Assembly (NCBI RefSeq): GCF_006345805.1
Contig: NC_043002.1
Coordinates: 15,190,001 to 15,254,000 of the forward strand
DNA: 64,000 nt
Direction of reading: 5' to 3'
From: Octopus sinensis
Lineage: Eukaryota
The notes beneath the pieces are model-generated. The model did not search any database, had not been told where the DNA came from, and saw only the letters and a list, made by a program, of their open reading frames with translations. A program made the position numbers and the translations under genes. This document shows, piece by piece, positions 53,514 through 64,000 of this stretch (position 1 is its first letter; every line of letters starts with the position of its first letter).

Positions 53514-53626
53514 GTGAAATAGGATTCAATCGGTTTTTGGTAATTGTGCCCTTCGAAACACGTGTAGAATGAAATAAAAACGATTCTGTTCAATCTGCGT
53601 TCAGCTCCATTTCTTCAATCACCAAT

Positions 53627-53627
<1 letters not shown>
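53510..53627 (+). mobile_element. Family H2 single-arm fragment
   Basis: AATTGTGCCCTTC-GAAA-CACGTG-TA-GAAT..GTTCAGCTCCATTTCTTCAATCAC is homologous to 44085-44165. Confidence 0.65.
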
Positions 53628-53703
<76 letters not shown>

Positions 53704-53722
53704 GATATATATATATATATAG

Positions 53723-53761
<39 letters not shown>

Positions 53762-55328
53762 CACACACCTATACAGGCCTAAACACATCATGGGACACAT
53801 TGGTCGAAACTTTACTGCATGAGAATATCCTCTATACCGTACAGTATTTGCCTACCTTTGTATTCATCTCAAAATTACATAAGAATTAGGGTACATTTGC
53901 TATACTCCATCTCCGCCATTATGTGATCAATAGTGATCCGATTTACAATTGGATCATTTCCCTCATACTGACGACCTTTACGATATATATAATAATCTAA
54001 ATCTTCCTAAGATTATTCAAGAAAGACTGCATTTTGTCTTTACCTGTAAATAGCTGGGTTTTCGACTTAAAATTTACCTCTGTTCCTCTGAGAGATCATT
54101 TCATTAAATACCACCTTATTTGAATTAAATACTGGAAGTTTAGATTTAATACCTACATAAACTCTGCATGGATTAGAATTAATCGACAGCAATCAATAAA
54201 TTCTTTATTTGTCTTATGCTATTTTCAGTTCAACATACAATGAAATCATCAAAATACACACAGCACTTATAACAGGTCTCTAACGTTTTACATTTACCGA
54301 ATTTAATTGCTTTTTCAAGTAAGCAACATTTTCATGTTGTTCCAAAATTATTGCTGAATTGTTATTAAACTCTCAATGGGTTACTTTCGTCGAAATAGCA
54401 AAATTCCTTCTTAGTATAATGGAAATGATCTAACGCTTTCAATCTCTATTTCAGAATTCTCTTTACACGTTTGCAATAATATATCAGTTTTGCTTATCTA
54501 CTCACTCTACATATGCTGCTACAGTTTATTATCAATGTCTCCGCAATTCACTCGCATAATGATTTGCGTCGAGACGCTATTTTAATCTCCCGTGTGATAG
54601 CGCTGGCAAAACATACAAGAAAAACGAAACAAGGAAAATACGTGAATATTTTCCAAATGCACTACATTGAAATGTTATTATAAATGGTGTTATCGGTGAA
54701 ATGATGGAAAATATGAATTGTTCTCTCGATTAAACAGCGATGTTACTTCATACTTAGAGACAAAGTAAAACAGATATTAGACGTTAAATGCACAAACAGC
54801 AATACTGTAATTATAGAGACTAGCAGCTCTCCTCATATTATCTTACATCTAGAGGCGTATACGTCTAGTACACGCGCACTTATACAAATCACTGCATTTA
54901 TTCAGAATCGCTGTGTCCTTTGTTCAAATCTACCATTCTGTATACGTGGCTGAATATAACGTCTCACTTGTTATAACTCTTCTGCTTGAAAGCTCGATTT
55001 GCACTTACAGCGTCATCTTTGCTGCTAGCATTCCGCTTTAAGTCTTATGCATGTTGTCTTTACTTTTCAGTTCAAGCATCTGATTTCTGATAAAGGATTA
55101 ATATTCGAATGATAACCGTGTATTTTAGTGTTGCTGAGATCTTAAAACGTATTGCTTTCCAAAGCCTATTAGCATATTGTTGGCTGCTAACTCCACAAAA
55201 TATTATTTAGTAAATTTTAGAAATAGAAAACAAATTACTGTTTGTACACCAGTAATTATACCTATGTTCATATATATAAACATACACACACAAATATATA
55301 TATATATATACACACACGCAATTACCCC

Positions 55329-55380
<52 letters not shown>

Positions 55381-55389
55381 GAGAGAGAT

Positions 55390-55932
55390 GGGGAAATTCA
55401 CAAAAAGAAAACAAAAGACAAAGGCAGGTGGTTTAGACAACAAACAGATGTATTAATATAACGCTCGGGAAGTGAAAAACTCTTTAACGTATCAAACCTA
55501 CGCTCTTCCACAGAAAGGAACACAGAAAGGATCAAAACCAGAAAATACAGAATGTGAAGTGGTATATATACACCACCACTCACGTACCTACACATGTACA
55601 TGCACACGTCAATGTCACCTGCCCCTTCCACAGGCACATACACACCCTCACATACACATGAACGTGCACCTCGTTTTCGGACCACCACTTTAGAATCTCC
55701 TCTTCTTCCGAGCTCTCCTGTGTGACCCCTCTGTCCGGCATTCGTCATGATAGATCTCTAGTCACTATACCTTTTTCTATTTTCTTTCCCTGTTTATTTC
55801 TGTGTTCCTTTCTGTCGAAGAGCGTAGGCTCGAATCGTAAAAGACTTTCTCACTTCCCAAGTGTTAAACTAATACATCTGTTTATTGTATACACATACGT
55901 CTTCGTCTTATGTTTTTATGTAAATTCTCACT
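55390..55932. mobile_element. Two family H1 copies in inverted orientation (55390-55563 minus, 55660-55932 plus)
   Basis: + motif at 55807-55845: CCTTT-CTGTCGA-A-GAGCGTAGGCTC-GAAT-CGTA-AAAGAC. - motif at 55482-55518 (reverse complement): CCTTT-CTGTGGA-A-GAGCGTAGGTTT-GATA-CGTTA-AAG. Confidence 0.75.
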
Positions 55933-55968
55933 AGATATATACATACATACATACATACATACACACAA

Positions 55969-55999
<31 letters not shown>

Positions 56000-56772
56000 A
56001 TCACATTTGCATACACTCAAACGCACGCGTGCACACACATGCACACATACACATAAACACACACGCATGCACACAAACATAAGATTGTTTCATCACTACG
56101 AGTACCAGATTTTCCAAGTATTTCCCGCCTGTCTTCCTTTGGTTAGCTATAATCACTGTCAAGTGCAACGTTTATGTTACTATATTCATAGGGTCACCAG
56201 CAGCTCTTACGTACTCGATTTGTCTTCCTTTTGTCAATTGTAGGCATGCATGTTTTGTCCTGTGATTGCTCAGTCTATATATTCTATGTTGGAGGAGGCC
56301 TGGCTCAATTTCAGTCGCTAGAGTCTCGGTTGAGATGACATTCTTCAATAGCTGCATTAATTTGTTCGCAATTATGGTGAATAGAGTTTATGAGAAGTTA
56401 TGTCTTGGAAAATCTCGTCTGTGCTTTCGCTCGTTCTTGAGAGAATGTAGTCGGTATTATATTATCGGATAATAAATATAAAATAATATATCAAATGCCT
56501 ATAAAGCATTATTTCTTTACAAATCTCATGCAACATATTTGTTATATTATCTACAGTATAACTGCCTGAATCAAAATATGTAACACTAAAGAAGATTTTG
56601 ATACGAAATTCTATAAATATAATGATAGATATAAATAATTACAACCAAAACAACAGCATAGACGTCAATGATGGGCATAAAGATTACAATTATAATAGTT
56701 AAGAATTTTTTGTAGAGACGAAAGCAGACTATATCGCCAATATCAAATTTTGATTGCTTATATAATTTATTG

Positions 56773-57360
56773 AAGGCGGCGAGCTGGCAGAATCGTTAGC
56801 AGGCAAGGCGAAATGCGGAAATGTATTTTCGTCTGCCGGTATGTTCTGAGTTCAAATTCCGCCGAGGTCGACTTTGCCTTTCATCCTTTCGGAGTCAATT
56901 AAATAGGTACCAGTTACGCACTGGACTTGATATAATCGACTTAATCTGTTTGTCTGTCCTTGTTTGTCCTCTCTGTATTTGGCCCCTTGTGGGTAGTAAA
57001 GAAATAGGTATTTTAGTCTGTCGCTACGTTCTGAGTTCAAAATCCGCCAAGGTCGACTCTGCCTTTCATCCTTTCAGGGTCGATTAAATAAGTACCAGTT
57101 ACGCACTGGGCCCGATATAATCGACTTAATCTGTCCTTGTCTGTCGTCTCTGTGTTTAGCCTCTTGTCGGTAGTAAAGAAATTGGTATTTTAGTCTGTCG
57201 CTACGTTCTGAGTTCAAATTCCACCGAGGTCGACTTTGCTTTTCATCCTTCTGGGGTCGACTAAATAAGTACCAGTTACACACTGGGGTCGACGTAATCA
57301 AATTTGTCCTTGTTTGTTCCCTCTATGTTTAGCCCCTTGTGGGCAATAAAGAAATAAGAA
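56773..57360 (+). mobile_element. SINE family B: one head followed by three tandem bodies
   Basis: A unit starting GTATTTT(C/A)GTCTG recurs at ~56823, ~57008 and ~57185, each with GTCGACT.TGC.TTTCATCCTT and GTACCAGTTAC.CACTGG. Confidence 0.9.
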
Positions 57361-58012
57361 TGAAACGGTAAATTGTCCACGGCGGCATTTAAACAATTGC
57401 TACAAGTAATTTTATGCCTCACTCACATGATTCTGCCAATTCAACGGCTGTTTTCGAGGGATTTGCATGATGGTAAAATAAACTACGCTGAAATAAATGT
57501 TGCCTTACACCTCAGAAGGCGATGAAATAATGTGCCTTTTAAATTCAGGGCTATATCAATTCTACCACCACACTTCTTTATTTCAGAAGGTGTATCTATG
57601 TTAAGAGTGATCATGAAATTTGTGTCGCAAATCATATTTCCAGTGATGATCTAAAATGCAGTAAAGTTATGTCGTGTCTACCGCGATATTTTTGTACAGG
57701 TAGTCTCGTATGGGGTACATGTATTTTGGTCAGTCTATGTACATTTGAAACAATGTGTAAAAGTATGATTTTGTGTGACTTTATTACAACTTCCCGTATT
57801 TAATTAGTACTCTTAATAATATGCTGCTTAATATCTATTAATTCGTGTCTCAAAATTTAACAAATTGATAATATTTCAGGGTCAGTTTTACCTCTTAATA
57901 TATTGCGTTATTGCAGAAAAAAATGTACTATGTCTTTTTTTCCGTAAGTGTCAAATATGTTGCTCGTAAACGAGTATTTCAGTTGATACAACCGCTGAAA
58001 GTGTAATAATGT

Positions 58013-58228
58013 GATAGCACGCCGGCCGGAATGCTTAGCAGTATTTCGTCTGGCGTTACGTTCTGAGTTGAAATTCCGCCGTGGTCGACTTTGCCTTTCA
58101 TCCATTTGGGGTCGATTAAATAAGTACCAGTTACGCACTGGGGTCGATGTAATCGACTTAATCCGTTGGCCTGCCTTTGTTTGTCCCCTCTGTGTTTTAG
58201 CCCCTTGTGGGTAGTAAAGAAATAGGTG
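58013..58228 (+). mobile_element. SINE family B
   Basis: TAGCACGCCGG..GAGTTGAAATTCCGCCGTGGTCGACTTTGCC..GTAAAGAAATAGGT. Confidence 0.88.
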
Positions 58229-60506
58229 TAATAATTTGAATGAACTAAAGATCATACGTAGATATTTTCATCTTTAATAAATATCTGTTGCATAATTTAT
58301 GAAGTTCGTTGACCAGTATCAATATGTAGTCTTCTGGTTATGATCAAGCAAATGCCTAAAACAGAATTGAAATTAACATGGCTGACTTATACTGAATGCA
58401 TCGCGTTGCTTTTCTGTGTGGTAGTAATGTTGTCGTTATAATTTGTCACTGAAGTTTTAATCTTCTTTTCCCAAGGTTGCTGTTTGCTGTTATTAAAGCT
58501 AACACTTTATCTAATTCAAAGAAACATCTCTTTTAAATACGTTGTCAATTTTACCTAGATTCAAACAATCAAACAGAACTAGCAAATATGCATTGCTATA
58601 ATTATTTGTTTCCAAATCAAATGTATTCTTTATGAGTAAGACAATAATGCATTTCGCGAAATGTCACACCTTTAACATGCTGCAATAACATACCAAGAGG
58701 CAAACATATTTACGGCGATAAAAGGGAACACTTTCAAATCCTAAACTGCAATAATTTACTTGCAGATAATATGAGTAAAACGCATATAAATCACGATCAG
58801 AAAGCCGCTCTGTTAATATGACACGATCCACCGACAATTCAAATGCTTCAGAGATATACAATTAATTCGGCAGTGTGTAGCCTACAAAACTTCTAAAGGA
58901 CACGTATTTTTATTTAATTGAGACTTGGGGTCAGAGGTGTCCATCTATTGGAAATATCTAATAAGTAATACCGCCAAATATTTCATCAAAACCAATGAAT
59001 TGTGTTTTGACTAAGAACGCAAATGGACACCATCATGGAATTAAGGAGGAAATTGATATGGCTGCTGTACATAGAATTTATTGCGTAGCGTTTCTGCGAG
59101 TAGGATAATATATATCAATTGGGTTTGGAATCAGTTTTGCCGACAATAGTATTCGTTATTATTAAAGCTAACGGTTTGTCTTATTCAAAGAACGAGCTCT
59201 GCTAGAACATTTACGAATTATACGTAGATTCAAATGATTGAACAATACCTGGGATATGCATTGCTACTCTTAAATGCTATAAATGTTCGGTTATAAATAA
59301 AGAAAATTATTTATATGAAAGACAACACTGTACTTTACCAAACATTCCAGCTTAAAATGTTATAAAGGACAAAGATATTTGCACTGATAAAAGGGAAACA
59401 TACAAACTGATTTTCCTCTACACATGGTAAATACTACTAAATTGAATAGGCAAGAATATAATGATACATTCCTAAAGATTATTAGGATCATGTTTCAGAG
59501 AATTCGAATGTACGAAAACTAGTGTTCAAATTGGAAGACTGGAGTTGTGTATAAACTGATTTCTATTAGACTTTCATACAATGCAAAATATATACAGTGC
59601 ATTGCCGATAATTAGATAATTTCTGAATCCCATAGCAGGCGCTTTAGATTCATGAGTTAGGAAGCTGTTTCATAAAACACTTGTTCTGGAACAAGACAAA
59701 ATGCATGCTAGGTAAATCAAAATACAGGCCCGGAAGTTAGGGTTTAAAGAAAAAACTCTACCAACATATATAAGGGTTTGACAAAATAATGGAAACACTT
59801 AGCATCATAGTATCATAATTTGTCTTAAAATAGGTAATTACACCCAATAATCTGAGTTCCAGTTATTGAGCCTGGTCGTTGTTCATATATTTTCGCTCAG
59901 CGTCTGACGGTCATCTCAAAAGTGCCCTGTGACAGAAAATATAATTCGTAGCAGATGTTATCTCGACATCGTTTACACGCGCCTGAATCAAACTCAGAAG
60001 TTACTGCCCAAGTTGTTTTATATAATCGGAAAAATTTAAAGTAATTCAAATTCAATGTTTTCTTTAAACAATAAATTTCTATAGAGATTCAGATTCAAAT
60101 TACAATCTATGAAAAGTTTCCACAATATTCTTAGAAGAACCAATGATTATCCGCCACCTCGGGCTAATACAAACGAGCCTGGTATGCGTAAAAGACTAAC
60201 TGGCATCTCTTGTCAAGAGGACAGGCGACAGTTACATTGCCGATGTTTGTCATGCAGTCCGTTGTCATTTGATTGTTATTATTCTCTGTATCTTGTGTGT
60301 AAATATCAATTGTGTTTTGCATGGTTGCATCAACTTAAAAATAGAAAATGACATAGTGCCTCATATAAAAATAGGCCATTTGGGACAAGGAATATTGTCG
60401 AAACACGTGAATTCTTCGAGCAAGATTTGTTTTATTCGAAATCTGTGACACGCCTGAGTGACGAAATCTCTGTTGCGCCCGAGTGACGCTGATGATCTGG
60501 AGTTGC

Positions 60507-60587
<81 letters not shown>

Positions 60588-60988
60588 ATTCATATATACA
60601 TATACATACATACATATATATATGTGCGTGGGTGTGTATGTATGTTTGTATATGTATTCAAGGTAATTTAAATTTCACGCTGGTAAATGATTAACATTTT
60701 TGCTGACTTATTACAAAATTGTAAAATCTCTAGTCGGTGGAAATCATGAATAAATGTATTTAAACTCATCATCATGATATAAACTGTGCATCATTTTTTA
60801 TATTATTTTTATGAAAAGGGGTATTTCATTAAAAATGGGAGTAATTAGTTTTAAAGAAATTAATGGGTTGTGTGTATTTTGTCTTTTATTCATAATAGGA
60901 TAATAGTTTAGCAATGGAAAAGTGTGAAGGTTTGTAGCGTTTACATCCACATATATATTTGTACAGAAACACACACGTGCACACAGTC

Positions 60989-61071
<83 letters not shown>

Positions 61072-61203
61072 GGGTGTGAGTGTGAGCGTGTGTCTGTGTG
61101 TGTGTATAAGTACATGTGTTTGAGTGTATGTGTATATATACATATGTTCATTTACATACATTCATACATACATATATACCTATACACACACACATACATA
61201 CAC

Positions 61204-61238
<35 letters not shown>

Positions 61239-62492
61239 ACGTTAGACAGAAAGAGAGAGATTCCCATTGCCGATTTAAGATCTTTGGAATAGCTATATTA
61301 CTCTACATTCAATGGTCCTTCAAATATTTATGGAATGGTAGTCATTCAGCATTATTATTCCGCATAATATACTATTTTTTCTTCTTTACTATGTCAAATA
61401 ATTTTCAACGTTGAATCCAGCTTTCTTCTCTAATATTAGCTTCCATCTATTCATCAGCAAGGCAATAAAGTACAATCAGTATTGAACATTTATTTCGTAA
61501 TAGAAATAAATATTGATAAAACATATGTTAAAGAAATATACCAAGTACGACAAATATAAAGCGGGCTGATTTTTTTTACTCATTTTCTGCCACACACACA
61601 AGTAAATTAAGGTGATAGAAATTAATTTGCCTGAGAAATACCAGTTAAAGATCACTGCAGTTACTGCGACCACTTATTTCTTTGTTTTGGCTTTTTGAAA
61701 TGGATCTCTCATTAATTTTTAATAACATTCTGTTAATCTATCAGTATTGTATTGTATGATGTATTTTGAGAATAATATACGTAGAAATCTTGGTATTATC
61801 AAACATGAAAATTAAAACAATGTAACGTTTAATCATCCATGTAAGACACGTTCAAATCCAAAATGTATGGATAATATTTGACATTGATAGTTTCAACTGA
61901 GGACGGAAGTTTTGAAAGATTAGACCCTCTGGATGCAATAAATTTATGCCTGTGCCTAGTCAGCTGGACATTTTCAGTGAAATTTTATAGGATATGAGGG
62001 AAGTCTGCTGACAGTTTAAGGAATATTTTGTTTTTACTTGGTTTCAATTTGATAAACTCGGAAATATGTGCCCTGGAACTATCCTTACTTGACCCACGCA
62101 GAAATACAATTGATTTCCTGTTGGTGGAATTCTTTTAATGATGAAAAGAAACGTTTATTGCGCTAGTCCATCTGAGAATAAATATTCATAGAAGAAAGAT
62201 GAAAGAATGAAAATATTATTGTCTCAATTTTTGTGGAAAATATCAGTTGAAATCCAATGCTGTGTATCTCCGCTCAGAATAGGAATTTTCCAAAAACCCA
62301 GCTCCTATCTACAATGATGTGAATGCATACCAACCACTGCATATATGAAGCAACTTATTTAGTTTAATTTTGCATTTCTCATCTGTTATCCATTTAGCTA
62401 CAAAGTGTGCAAACTAAATTTGCACGGCTATATATGTGTACATGTGAGCATATACGTACGTATTACTATCATTAATATTACAGCTGTCGCTA

Positions 62493-62695
62493 AGGCGGCG
62501 AGCTGATTTGATCGTTTGTACGCCGGGAAAAGTGCTTGACGGCATTTCGTCTTTACGCTTGCACTTCCAATTCCGTCGAGGTCGGATTTGCCTTTTACAT
62601 ATTCGGGTCGATAAAATAACTACCTGCTGAACACTGGGATCGGGGTAAACCATTTTGTACCTTCCTTGAAACTGTTGTCTTTGTGTCAAAATTCG
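62493..62695 (+). mobile_element. SINE family B, degraded
   Basis: AAGGCGGCGAGCTG..GAGGTCGGATTTGCCTTTTACAT..GGGTCGATAAAATAACTACC. Confidence 0.7.
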
Positions 62696-63414
62696 AAACA
62701 AATATTATGACTGTTATTATTCTACTTATTAATTGTAACGTTAATATTATTATTTTTATCATTGTTGCCGCTGTTCTCCCTTTTACCAACAATAAATTCT
62801 GTACTGCCGTCTATAATTTTGTATTGTTAGTATATCTAAACATTATGCTTTTTGATAATAAATCTTACCTTTCTTAAGCTAATCACCATTCTAGTAGATT
62901 TATAGCATTCATACATATACACATCTTTCCTTTTAAATAGATGAGTGATGGATAGAGCTTCTTTGTTTACTCAAGCCAAAGAGAAGACAGTCTATTTTGG
63001 AGAAAGTAACTCTGAATATAAAAAAATTCACTGTTGTGAAGGCCACTCTGATATAAAACCTGCGATTGCAAATGCACCCAATGATTTCGACTTGCTCTTC
63101 TATTCGGATCATGCTTTGTAGTTTAGAGAGTGGGAATGGTTCCTCTGCAGAACGTTTCTTCACTTTAAGAAGTGTCAAGCACAGGTATTGCTGGAGAGGA
63201 AAAGAAATTGACATCTTGTATGTACATGGCTGGCCGAAGCTTAAAAAAGGCACGTCTAAACAATGAAAGTTCATATTGATAATGAAGTAAATGGCAAAAA
63301 TGGCTCTCGAACATTTTTTTCTGTGGTCTGGCCCAGCAGGTGTCCCAGGGCACCACAGCCTGGATCCGGCCGTTATCGTGCAACAGTGAGTAAATTTAAG
63401 TTAAGATGCAAGCC

Positions 63415-64000
63415 TATGAATATAGGATGTTGGAATGTTCGAACGTTATTAGACAATGATTTTCTGAAATCTCTTCCAGAGAGAAGATCCGCGCTTAATG
63501 CAAAACAGTTACAGCGATATGAGAGGGATGTTGTAGCGTTAGCCGAATCAGGAATTCATGGAAAGCGGAATTTCATAAAGAAATATGCTGGACATCATTT
63601 CTTTTGGAGCGGTAGAGAGGAGACTTATAAGAGAGAATCAGGAGTGGGATTTGCTATAAAAATCACTCACGCTTCAAAACTTGAGGAGCTACCATGTGGT
63701 CATTCGGATCGTTTAATGACTTTAAGGTTGCCATTATGCGACATTCTAAGTGCATATGTCCCAACTATGAATTCATCAGTGGATGATAAACTTGCCTTCA
63801 ATATATCATTTGCAGATATTATATGCAATATCCCCCATGATGACAATGTTGTCGTTTTGGGTGATTGTAATGCTCGCGTTGGTGCTGATTGGGAGACTCG
63901 GGGTGTCCTAGGAAAGCATGGGGTTAGGAGTTTCAACAGTGTTTGTTTGCTATTGTTACAGATGTGCGTAGATATGAATTTGTGTATCCCGAATACAATG
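63415..64000 (+). mobile_element. RTE-clade LINE 5' region, APE endonuclease domain, frameshifted and truncated by the window end
   Basis: IGCWNVRTLLD, PERRSAL, DVVALAES, FFWSG..RESGVGFAI, SDRLMTLRLP, ILSAYVPT, VVLGDCNARVG. Confidence 0.88.

Noticed and set aside
56244-56455. Possible plus-strand exon after TTTTGTCAATTGTAG
   Set aside because: Weak donor site and no recognisable coding signal.
60380-60420. GAAACACGTG resembling a hammerhead stem III
   Set aside because: No upstream CUGANGA and no UH triplet.
62935-63372. Possible hAT transposase C-terminal relic with a GC-rich end (GGATCCGGCC)
   Set aside because: Only a vague resemblance; no clear ERxFS motif or partner TIR.

Overview
AT-rich eukaryotic, repeat-dominated DNA with no recognisable host protein-coding gene, rRNA, genuine tRNA or CRISPR. 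Most ORFs in the track are microsatellite translations. The SINE repertoire and very dense (TA)n/(CA)n/(GATA)n tracts suggest an octopod cephalopod intron or intergenic region; this is inferred from recall, not from a search. Content: decayed LINEs (CR1-like, RTE/BovB, Tx1/L1, R4/Dong), at least four tRNA-derived SINE families, mariner/Tc1/Tigger remnants, a non-autonomous Helitron, palindromic MITEs and a 3x ~1.5 kb tandem duplication. The most interesting signal is a set of at least four families of short elements carrying minimal type-I hammerhead-ribozyme-like motifs (about 13 full or partial copies). These include a GIY-YIG-only Penelope-like element between two hammerhead repeats, foldback elements with hammerheads on both strands, and a five-copy family with a consistently non-canonical CUGUNGA core. 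Coordinates were read by eye and boundaries are approximate.
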